From positions 372,001 to 436,000 of the forward strand of contig JAQGDQ010000098.1 in the NCBI GenBank assembly GCA_030141605.1: a DNA stretch of 64,000 nt. The letters run 5' to 3'. A program made the position numbers and the translations under genes. The notes beneath the pieces are model-generated. The model searched no databases. It was not told the DNA's origin and saw only the letters and a list, made by a program, of their open reading frames with translations. Of the stretch, positions 57,401 to 64,000 are shown piece after piece (the stretch's first letter is position 1; each line of letters starts with the position of its first letter). This DNA comes from Tubiluchus corallicola. Taxonomy: Eukaryota; Animalia; Priapulida.

Positions 57401-60400
57401 GCTGTATAGTATACTACATGTACTAATTACTTTTTCTTACACTTGAATGCTTAACGACTTATTATTTTCCCCTAACAATATAACATAAAATTACACATTC
57501 AAATTTTTTTAATGACCAAAATTTTAAATTAATAAGAAGGATTAGAAACTGAAATAAAGAAGCCCAACTCCAAGCTTTATGCAACTGCTCAGCTAATTTG
57601 TGCGATTTTGCAACACTGAACTAGTTTTGTGCGACAAAACCTTTGGCTGACCTTTAAACTCGTTTAGTATGACCTTTCTTTTGCATTTTACTAACACTTA
57701 TTTGGCATATTACGTGTCATAATATAGGAGATGTCATAATTACATTTTTAAGTTGTCAGTATAGGCCTAGATACTTTGATAATATTTGAAAAATTTTCAG
57801 AAGTCATAAATTTGTTAGCAAATAAATCTGCTGCCTCCCTACTGCTCTCTTTGGCACAAATTTTGCCTTTCTACCCACTTACAGGATCATCACTAGTGAG
57901 CGACACAGGTCTCGTTTTTGCACTTTTTACAGTGAACACTTTGACCCAATTCGACATCATAAAGTTGCTCATCAAATTAAAAAAATCAGCTTAAAAGATT
58001 TGTACATTATATAAAATTTTGTAAAACAGGTCTAGATCTTGAAATGTGATTTAACTAAATATTATTTCAGTTGTGACAAAACTTAAACGATCTTCACTTC
58101 AGAGCCGGAATTCATGATTTGTTTTCTCGATATGCTTTCTACAATATGCTTTCTCACAGGGTTATTAAACTATAATATAACTATGACATTTTTTAAAATA
58201 TAATTAACAGTAGTAGTTAAACTTCGGATAGTCGTAAAAAAATCACGAAATGAGTAATGTAATACCACAGTGGTTAGCCAGATCAATGAGAAACTTCAAA
58301 CTTGTTATGCTGGATAGGAGCTACTCCTTTTGCACTTGCGCTCCATGGTCAGGATTTATTCTCCCCCCCTCTGCCCATTTCTCAGAAGAATCTGCATCCA
58401 TAGTAGGTGTAGAATTCACTTGGTAGTACAATACAAAAATGTTACTATTAAGTCTGCCATTTTTCTTACACTATTAACAGTACAATTGATGCACGTTTTC
58501 AGCCTTTCACTATCACAATTGTTGCACTTCAAATCGGATCAAAAAAATTGATACGTCAAAAACGCTTGATTAATGCTCAACAGTACTGTTTTTATCTATT
58601 GAAAAATCACGTTTATTCCGCTGGATTCAATAATTACAATATAATGGACTTGCTTATAATAAATAACTATTACATATATTGCACATTATACTCATTAAAA
58701 AGTTAATATTATGACTGAAACTGCGATCACTAACGTGATATATAATGTACAGACTCAATTTGATACTTGTAGTAAATTTAATATTAGCTGTAACACCGTA
58801 CTACTATTCCACCTTATACTTTTATTACTATTTCATCAAATTGATATCCCATACTTTTATTCTTACTTTTACTATTATACGATTACTTTTTTGGGCCGAC
58901 ATTTCCACCCTGTACTATTATTCCGCCTATAGATACCGTTATTTGGAATGCGAACTTGTTCTCTCATCTCAGGTTTCCTAAATTATAATTCTATGCAACT
59001 GTGTAGTGTCAGTCCTATTTCAGTTGGAGTTTTATTAAAACAAAAGCTTGGGAAGATAATTAATGGAAGCTTGCATTGATCAAAAGTGTATCTGTAATAA
59101 TTTACAGTAGCTATACTTTCACTCACACTACTAAAAATATATAAATTTTTTCATTTCACATTTAACAGAAATAAATATGTTAATACTTATTCATCCATTC
59201 ACACATAAACAAGAGACATCAATATTAAATAAATTTCTAAGTACCCAGATCATGATAATATTTCTTTGAACTATGCAATTATCAAGCAACACACAGAGCT
59301 TTCTTTGGTAAAGTATAAAAAAACACGTCTAATAGAGCTATTTCTTATATGACATATTTATAGCATTATTAGCACATGTACCTTACTGTATCCGCTGGCC
59401 ATGAACGCACAGACAATGTAAAATTCCTATTATCTTATTTTGGAATAATAGTTAAATGTGATAGCAGAAAAACATTTGATCACAATTTAGCACAATGTAA
59501 TAGCAAGTAGTAAACCAATTGTTATCATTGTGGTAAATACATAATGGCTCCACGTTGTAAATTGTAAAAACTTTAAACGTTAATATTGTATGTCGTGTAT
59601 TTGTGGCAGTAAATCGGTCTTCATTTTTGAAATTATTGAGGAAGCACTGTTAAGTATTTTAGTCACACACACAGTCACATATGTATGACTGCGTGAATGT
59701 ATTGTCATCAGACTGTTCTTCTTAAAACATATTACATACTACTACTTACTGAATTTCTAAAATTGACTAAGCCATATAGCTAATAAAAATTGTATGTGCA
59801 TGCTTTGTTGTTTAGAATAACATAAGTCACATATCTTTAATAATAGAAGATATTTTTCCTTACAGAAAACAGTAATCAATATTGATTAATAAATATTTAT
59901 AAATAGGTGTCAGCTCTAACTCAAAAATTAAATATAAATGACATTCAATAAAGAGGCATGTGTTACATTAGCTTCCAAAATAACTTTAAGTTCTGGCTCA
60001 AGCCATGCAACTTTAATAAGGCTAGTTGCTACTTGGAACAGTGTTCTTGACTTCTGTTTAAAAATGCATGATTGCAAAAATACAATCCCGGCCATTCTGT
60101 AGAGTATCCATAATCTTAATAACAAATGGCATAATTTTGACAATAATAATTACTATTAATTTTAGCAATAAAAAACCACTTAAACATAATAATAATAAAC
60201 AGGCTAAAATTAACTAAAATTTTGAAGCAAAAATTGAGCATCTTAAAATTCGACTAGATTTTGCCAACCACCAGTCTGCAAAACAAAATGAAAGACAATT
60301 TAAACTCACCAGTTTGAGTATTCACCAATGAAAGTAATGTCGTTATTATCAGTGACCACAGCATCCATAAAAACATCGAATTCTTTATGCCAGAAACATG

Positions 60401-60427
60401 ATAATTAGAAGTCCTACTAAAGCCCAT
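368..60427 (-). CDS. DCC: DCC/neogenin/frazzled (UNC-40) netrin receptor gene, multi-exon span, 3'-partial (P3 motif and stop outside window)
   Basis: Hand-spliced GT-AG exons with matching phases give SP-4xIg-6xFN3-TM-P1([17 protein letters not shown])-P2([12 protein letters not shown]), the diagnostic DCC/NEO1/fra architecture. Likely the invertebrate pro-ortholog of DCC and NEO1. Confidence 0.96.
1038..1167 (-). CDS. DCC: DCC cytoplasmic Pro/Ser-rich exon ([21 protein letters not shown]...SDTNR)
   Basis: Phase 1->2, which is required to reach the phase-2 P2 exon. Confidence 0.85.
1720..1839 (-). CDS. DCC: DCC cytoplasmic exon ([13 protein letters not shown]...[19 protein letters not shown])
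   Basis: ttgtttcag acceptor and gtaaga donor, 120 nt symmetric, open frame. Confidence 0.85.
2418..2435 (-). CDS. DCC: Candidate 18-nt cytoplasmic microexon (xQSFRF)
   Basis: tttttgctttacatag acceptor with UGC, gtaagc donor, symmetric, no stop. No homology support visible. Confidence 0.4.
4636..4767 (-). CDS. DCC: DCC cytoplasmic exon ([15 protein letters not shown]...[17 protein letters not shown][GE]); tandem donors at 4642 and 4636
   Basis: tgcag acceptor, phase 1-1, open frame, donors gtgagc and gtaagt 6 nt apart. Confidence 0.85.
5021..5244 (-). CDS. DCC: DCC cytoplasmic exon with P1 motif ([14 protein letters not shown])
   Basis: Diagnostic P1 motif. Confidence 0.95.
5844..5979 (-). 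CDS. DCC: DCC transmembrane exon ([27 protein letters not shown])
   Basis: ~23-aa hydrophobic helix followed by basic stop-transfer residues; phase 1->2. Confidence 0.93.
6577..6630 (-). CDS. DCC: DCC 54-nt juxtamembrane stalk exon ([18 protein letters not shown])
   Basis: Strong T9-cag acceptor, G|gtaaca donor, phase 1-1, open frame. Confidence 0.75.
8449..8643 (-). CDS. DCC: DCC exon 18, FN6 C-part (GYLIFYSTD...[18 protein letters not shown]...RTPK)
   Basis: DTTYYFxxQARNxKGxGP motif. Confidence 0.96.
8817..8924 (-). CDS. DCC: DCC exon 17, FN6 N-part ([36 protein letters not shown])
   Basis: Near-canonical DCC/NEO1 FN6 start. Not in the ORF track. Confidence 0.94.
9111..9266 (-). CDS. DCC: DCC exon 16, FN5 C-part ([25 protein letters not shown])
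   Basis: Netrin-binding FN5 signature YEFSV..KGR.S..SM. Confidence 0.95.
9531..9977 (-). CDS. DCC: DCC exon 15, FN4 + FN4-FN5 linker + FN5 N-part
   Basis: ESTVPGAP...IHVSWTPP...YTIGYG...[12 protein letters not shown]...[10 protein letters not shown]. Confidence 0.95.
10203..10313 (-). CDS. DCC: DCC exon 14, FN3 C-part
   Basis: [20 protein letters not shown]...ETYLTDLD closely follows the NEO1/DCC FN3 repeat. Confidence 0.95.
10626..10817 (-). CDS. DCC: DCC exon 13, FN3 N-part
   Basis: [22 protein letters not shown]...[12 protein letters not shown]. Confidence 0.95.
10847..11334. mobile_element. Non-autonomous piggyBac-like MITE
   Basis: TTAA on both sides (10843-46, 11335-38); imperfect TIRs CCTTTTCATACCC / CCCTTTCAGTCCC; no transposase. 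Confidence 0.75.
11596..11889 (-). CDS. DCC: DCC exon 12, FN2
   Basis: VPGPP...WEPP...YTEYSFRV...RTYSD; symmetric phase-1 exon. Confidence 0.95.
12327..12478 (-). CDS. DCC: DCC exon 11, FN1 C-half (RERVQNTT...[21 protein letters not shown])
   Basis: RERV and LxPxTxYxFRVxAxN motifs, phase 2->1. Confidence 0.93.
12471..12572. repeat. 54-bp-period tandem duplication of the exon-11 splice acceptor
   Basis: ctctctctctgacaaaataacatatggtaaagcaagtgaactaggcaa is present twice. Confidence 0.95.
12830..13058 (-). CDS. DCC: DCC exon 10, hinge + FN1 N-half ([22 protein letters not shown]...YRQEGSDR); alternative internal acceptor at 12989
   Basis: PSAPRD...STRF motif. Two in-frame acceptors 69 nt apart. 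Confidence 0.9.
13954..13983 (-). CDS. DCC: Candidate 30-nt symmetric microexon in the Ig4-FN1 hinge ([10 protein letters not shown])
   Basis: ttag acceptor, strong G|gtaagt donor, phase 1-1, no stop, UGCAUG 18 nt downstream. Confidence 0.65.
14511..14634 (-). CDS. DCC: DCC exon 9, Ig4 C-half ([34 protein letters not shown])
   Basis: DEGxYQC...GNIQASAQL is typical of DCC/NEO1 Ig4; gtgagt donor. Confidence 0.94.
15656..15810 (-). CDS. DCC: DCC exon 8, Ig4 N-half ([38 protein letters not shown])
   Basis: Ig motif, canonical splice sites. Confidence 0.93.
16173..16315 (-). CDS. DCC: DCC exon 7, Ig3 C-half ([24 protein letters not shown])
   Basis: DxGxYxC motif, phase 2->1. Confidence 0.93.
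16522..16672 (-). CDS. DCC: DCC exon 6, Ig3 N-half ([39 protein letters not shown])
   Basis: CAAxGxPxPxIxWLKDG Ig motif, gtaagc donor. Not in the ORF track. Confidence 0.93.
17307..17727 (-). mobile_element. Non-autonomous Helitron-like element
   Basis: Minus strand reads A|TCTCTATATATAAAAG ... tacaagcatagtgta (degenerate hairpin) ttatcagCTAG|T: 5'-TC, 3'-CTAG, inserted in an AT dinucleotide, no TSD. Confidence 0.6.
17730..18352. mobile_element. Probable unclassified non-autonomous DNA-element remnant adjacent to the Helitron
   Basis: Composition and motifs differ from flanking intron and enlarge this intron to 1.8 kb. No termini resolved. Confidence 0.3.
18444..18588 (-). CDS. DCC: DCC exon 5, Ig2 C-half ([13 protein letters not shown]...[11 protein letters not shown])
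   Basis: DxGxYxC motif. Donor GAG|gttgtc is weak and was chosen by phase requirement. Confidence 0.9.
18914..19053 (-). CDS. DCC: DCC exon 4, Ig2 N-half ([23 protein letters not shown]...WYKN)
   Basis: Ig motifs, phase 1->0 consistent with neighbours. Confidence 0.93.
19301..19446 (-). CDS. DCC: DCC exon 3, Ig1 C-half ([31 protein letters not shown])
   Basis: Matches the DCC/NEO1 motif LPxGSL...HS...PDEGxYQC; AG and gtaagt boundaries. Confidence 0.95.
19775..19940 (-). CDS. DCC: DCC exon 2, Ig1 N-half ([43 protein letters not shown]...)
   Basis: ttttctttttgcag acceptor, CG|gtaagt donor, Ig Cys and Trp. Not in the ORF track. Confidence 0.93.
21340..21600 (+). mobile_element. Possible Helentron/HINE-like interspersed repeat fragment
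   Basis: aaggtcaatgacct...ccaaatttgg core and a 3' ...gaactaaa end, similar to non-autonomous repeats common in marine invertebrates. Pattern recall only. Confidence 0.3.
25426..25475 (+). mobile_element. 5S-derived SINE fragment
   Basis: aagtcaagtaacgttgggcctgtttaataagtgggttgatgatc resembles the 5S boxA-IE-boxC region. Confidence 0.5.
27850..27979. repeat. (GA)n/GGGA polypurine microsatellite
   Basis: Direct observation. Confidence 0.98.
29400..29850 (-). mobile_element. Truncated non-LTR retrotransposon (CR1/L2-group LINE) RT C-terminal fragment
   Basis: [17 protein letters not shown]...IVFNESKT...KYLG matches the post-YADD RT region of LINEs; AT-rich tail downstream. Confidence 0.85.
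33411..33450. repeat. (ATT)n microsatellite
   Basis: Direct observation. Confidence 0.95.
36278..36385 (+). mobile_element. tRNA-head/5S-derived SINE fragment
   Basis: A-box-like cctaagtggttacg followed by cagcattgggccgtgttactaaaatggatggttaaccg (5S-like). Confidence 0.45.
36854..37083. repeat. Exact 115-bp tandem duplication
   Basis: tttgtaaagtggttagcc...gaaggactgtga occurs at 36854 and again at 36969. Confidence 0.95.
38306..40196. repeat. 39-bp minisatellite, ~48 copies (CTCAGTAACCAATGGAACCTCACAGCGATCGTCAGTG[A/G]G)
   Basis: Directly visible head-to-tail array with no spacers; 13-aa periodicity in the ORF track. Confidence 0.98.
48001..48235 (+). repeat. Dispersed repeat, copy A (diverged partner at 50141-50385)
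   Basis: Shared colinear blocks gttcgacagctcatg, gcactgtacttcaatttt, cgctcgt, tgacgt. Confidence 0.85.
50141..50385 (+). repeat. Dispersed repeat, copy B
   Basis: Colinear with 48001-48235, same orientation. Confidence 0.85.
60310..60427 (-). CDS. DCC: DCC/neogenin exon 1, signal peptide ([39 protein letters not shown])
   Basis: aacATGG Kozak context, hydrophobic h-region, consensus donor G|GTGAGT in phase 1, which matches the phase-1 acceptor of the Ig1 exon (joins to ...[12 protein letters not shown]). Confidence 0.82.
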
Positions 60428-60800
60428 GTTATGTTTCAAGTTGGTCCTATCATAAGTCTGAACTCAGCACACACAATGTTTATCTGAACTTCATTCATTT
60501 TCATCCACATCCGAACACTCCATCCTTCTGTAATTAAACTACTCTACATCTTAGCGATTCAAATCCAATATGTCTGCGACTCCGCAGGCCAGGAGCAAGG
60601 CTGCGCCAAAGCGACGCTGAATGTCAGCTAGTAATGAAACCTACCGACAGATGACGCAAGCGTACAATGTGCCCGACCTAGACGGAAGAGGTTTTTATTA
60701 TTGCTCAGATGCAACGTTGCAATAACTTTCCTACAGTTACAATTACACTCAAGCGTGGCTACCTTTTTGTTTTCCAGGACGTCACAATGTATTTTTAATG
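60428..60800 (-). promoter_or_regulatory. Putative DCC 5'UTR and core promoter
   Basis: Locally GC/CpG-rich segment directly upstream of the signal-peptide ATG. Inr-like CATTCAG near 60620, CGGAAG (ETS-like) near 60683, TGACG (CRE-like) near 60652 and 60780. TSS position is inferred. Confidence 0.5.
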
Positions 60801-61099
60801 TTTTTAAATATGTATTTACACCTCAATAAATTCATTCCAAATCACAGACAGCATGGGAACTGCAACCTGATTATTTTAGTAATTTCTAACTACTATCAAA
60901 ACGTTAAGCATTGTGCAATTCGCAGCAAAGCGCATCTGATTTTACTTCCACATATATTTTCAGAAAATATCTGCTTGCACCAACTTGACTTTTTAGAAAT
61001 GAAAAGAAATTCGGTTGCAGGTAATACTTAATAAAATGAACTGTTTTGAAGTTTTTTCCTTTTTTGACCTTCAAAAGATTAATGTGGTATAATTACAAA

Positions 61100-61151
61100 C
61101 TGATACAAAAATATAAATGCAAATACAGATTTAAACATTTAAGATTTTATT
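61100..61151 (-). terminator. Probable CEP192 polyadenylation signal
   Basis: AATAAA (minus strand, 61146-61151) followed by a U/GU-rich tract, ~510 nt after the stop. Confidence 0.5.
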
Positions 61152-61663
61152 AATAATAGTACAATACAAAATGTAAATGGTACCAACACAAGCAATATTT
61201 AAATTTACAAAATCAAAAAAAGGAAAAAACTGGAATAATCATCAGTTCACATAGTAATTAAATGATATAGCAAAATTAACAATTCATTCCATAAATTGCT
61301 TATAAATATATTAAATATATGATATGTTTTTTGAAGTCTTATCCAAAATATTTACACACTAATCTGTGGTTTATGTAGTACAACACGAAAGGAACAAGTC
61401 GGACTCTTGCAACTGACAATATTATTTACTTATTACAAAACAGTTTACACCACGACAACGTAACAAATTCACCTTAAGAGGTTTGCAATATGCAACTTCT
61501 GGAATACCATCATAACGAAAAAAATAGTATCACCATTACACAACTGTATTTTGTGAAACAAATGCTGCACTGCAAGGTACAACTCTATTGGAAATAGCTA
61601 GAAAGTTGAAGAAGCTATAATGAGCTATTTACAATAAACAAAGTTTTCATAAACCTTCCAAGA

Positions 61664-61870
61664 CTAATCACCAGTAACAGATGCAGTTCCCTTGAGCAGC
61701 ACACACAGGTTTTGACCATCATCCACATTGACATTCAGCACTTGTACAAAATGACCAGGCTCATTTGGTCTGAAGTAAACGGGCAATGACATGACGTGCT
61801 TTGGGCGAATGGCCACATTGCTATTCTTCGGAGATACATAAAATGGAGCTCCAGGTACAGTGATTACAAT
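61664..61870 (-). CDS. CEP192: CEP192/Spd-2 terminal coding exon (C-terminal ASH/PapD-like domain)
   Basis: PGAPFYV...IRPKHVMSLPVYFRPNEPGHFVQVLNVNVDDGQNLCVLLKGTA resembles the CEP192 C-terminus as I recall it (PREPFYV...HYINMPVQFKP..GKF..LL.I.TD.G....LIGEA); ttacag acceptor, TAG stop. Confidence 0.85.
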   Translation of the reverse strand: MVITVPGAPFYVSPKNSNVAIRPKHVMSLPVYFRPNEPGHFVQVLNVNVDDGQNLCVLLKGTASVTGD

Positions 61871-62551
61871 CTGTAAACCATAAAAAACATCACTTATGGT
61901 ATTATTAGCTTCTTCATAATTCCCAAAAAGCAAAACAAGTGGTGACAGAGTTTTCAGGTAACAAATGGTGGCTTTAAAAGTGCAAAGAACTTATCATAAT
62001 TACAGCACGAAAATTAGTTTACATGTTGAGAAAATTTTCTACTTAAATATTTATTATAGCCAAATTGTGGAGTGCATTCAGTGGTTGTGTCCACTAAAAA
62101 AGTACATGCTTTGTATGCAATGTCAGTATATATGTTTATTCACAAACCGCAACATCGCTATGCCAAACATCATGGGCTCAGTTTAGACATTTTAATGTAC
62201 GTTTAAGACAATTATGTCACTGCTTTACAGTACGGCGGCCATTATGCTCGTTTGAATTTTGAGAGTTCTATGTTATTAAGGGGAATTTCTGTAAACCATC
62301 GTGGTTGTGGAAGTTTGAAAGTAATTGTATCCTTGGCTAATTTGAGTAAAAATGGCTCTAGCAACAAATCTGAACATATTCTCTGGGCTGAATATCAGAA
62401 CAAACAGATTTTAAAGATATGAACAAACAGATATGGATACAAATGCAGCAATCATTTGGGCATTTAGAACTATAAATCATGCCCTTTATAATGTTTTTCT
62501 ACCGAGAATTACTACTCCTATTTGATTTGGGAAGAAGGAAATAAAAAATAA

Positions 62552-62620
62552 TGTGCCATAGTCAGTATTTGAACCTAGAGACTTCTGCATATGGTGACAG
62601 ATGATTAACGACTAGCAGGT
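62552..62620 (-). pseudogene. Degenerate tRNA-like/SINE head in CEP192 last intron
   Basis: Minus strand has A-box-like ctagtcgttaa and B-box ggttcaaatac with tRNA-like spacing; stems are decayed. Confidence 0.4.
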
Positions 62621-63166
62621 AACTAATAATAGGAAGTAAAGCAAAACGAAGGTACGAAGAGTCGTGATGATGCCACGGCAAAACTTTACAAAGTAGTGCA
62701 GTCAACAAAAAAGTGAAAAGCAGCTGCTATAAAAACATATGCAGCTCACCAGCTGTATGTCATTATGCTACAATGTTAAAAAGCCCTTTTTCTCAGAGTC
62801 TGTGCTATCAATGTGTATGCTAATGAGCTTACAATGTAATTTCCGACTTCCACATGTCTGAGTGGTGGAAAGTAATTCACTGACAGAGCAGATGTAAAAC
62901 AGCTAGCAGACATAATTTCCAGCACTTGTACTGAATTTTACAAGTTTCAAAGGAGTTTCTAAAATCAGTATTCACGTAACAATTTATCAAGGTCTGAAGT
63001 GAGAGCTAAAACATTCTGAAGGTTTTGTGCTTTGCTCTGAAAACTATTTTCCGGGTCTAAGTACTGACATTATAAAATTCACAGTAACTCTAAATCAATG
63101 CCAAGCTGCTGTGACGCACACCTTAGTCTAAAAATACAGTTAACTACGTATAAAGAAATTACTTAC

Positions 63167-63278
63167 AGGACACCTATTGGTTCGTCGACTGCTAATCTTC
63201 AACTTGACCACATTGTCGGTGAAAACGGAAACTGTGCCGAAATCAAGAACGTCTTCATTTACTGTTACCAGTGACTCC
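63167..63278 (-). CDS. CEP192: CEP192 penultimate exon (ESLVTVNEDVLDFGTVSVFTDNVVKLKISSRRTNRCP)
   Basis: tttcatttcag acceptor, gtaagt donor, phase 0 join to the terminal exon, LDFG ASH-domain motif. Confidence 0.82.
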
Positions 63279-63847
63279 CTGAAATGAAATCGTCAAAAAA
63301 CATTTACTTTTCTAAACAAAACTTTAGAAACACCTGAAGCACATAATAAAATTTTAATTTGTTGATATAAACATGGAATTAATCTGTATACAGAAACACT
63401 AAGGACATTTTCTTCAGATATGGCTATTCTTCAGAAAGCACATAATTATGTTCATAACGGCTGTCACATCGCGCACAATGAAACAAGTATAACGAAGATG
63501 CCACTGCCTGATATGCATTTCCAGCAGTGGAAAGCATGTTTCTATACAGCTATTTAATAAGCTGTTTCACTAACTTTACACATACTGAAGATCAGAACTG
63601 AAATTAACTTTTAAAGACTACTACAATGCACAATGGAGTGTCAGTCGATGTATAAACCACTTTTTATATACCTTGGCACTCTGCACCCACAGTCAAAAGC
63701 AGGGCTTAGTTAACATAGATGGGTGAGGTCATACAGAAAACTAATCCATTATGAAGAATAAACTTCTATGATAAAATACTGAACTGGCCAGACATGTTTC
63801 AGCCATGTTTGGATGCGCATACAATACATCTTTTCTCACTTAGACAA

Positions 63848-63960
63848 ATAGCCTGCAGCAATACGAGAGATCAATTCATGAGCCACCCATTTACTAACTA
63901 TGCTCAGCACTGCTAAATTTTGGTCGCTAACCTCACACTGAGACCACCCAGCTATTTCCA
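63848..63960 (-). mobile_element. Degenerate 5S rRNA-derived SINE/pseudogene
   Basis: aatttagcagtgctgagcatagttagtaaatgggtgg...gtattgctgcaggc resembles the 3' half of 5S (AAGTTAAGC...GGTTAGTACTTGGATGGG...GTGCTGTAGGC). Confidence 0.55.
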
Positions 63961-64000
63961 CTTCTACTGCACTTTTGTTATGTTTGCACAAGGGACTATG

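Noticed and set aside
60581-60632. Helitron-like 3' end (cgc-caaa-gcg hairpin then cagCTAGT)
   Set aside because: No matching 5' TC terminus; better explained as DCC 5'UTR/TSS region.

Overview
AT-rich, intron-containing animal DNA (invertebrate bilaterian by protein style; no prokaryotic features). Nearly the whole window is one minus-strand gene of the DCC/neogenin/frazzled (UNC-40) netrin-receptor family, which I spliced by hand with consistent intron phases. It has a signal-peptide exon at 60310-60427, a ~40.4 kb first intron, then ~24 exons from 19940 down to 368 encoding 4 Ig domains, 6 FN3 domains, a TM helix and the cytoplasmic P1 and P2 motifs. P3 and the stop codon lie beyond the window start. 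Immediately upstream, on the same strand, are the last two coding exons and 3'UTR of CEP192/Spd-2. Introns hold a 39-bp minisatellite (~48 copies), a piggyBac-like MITE, a Helitron-like element, a LINE RT fragment, 5S/tRNA-derived SINE relics and microsatellites. I see no convincing wholly new gene system. The most interesting signals concern splicing: in-frame microexons with Rbfox/UGC elements, an alternative acceptor in the Ig4-FN1 hinge, tandem donors, a duplicated acceptor that would introduce a stop codon, and a candidate recursive splice site. All gene structures are inferred from sequence only and need RNA evidence.
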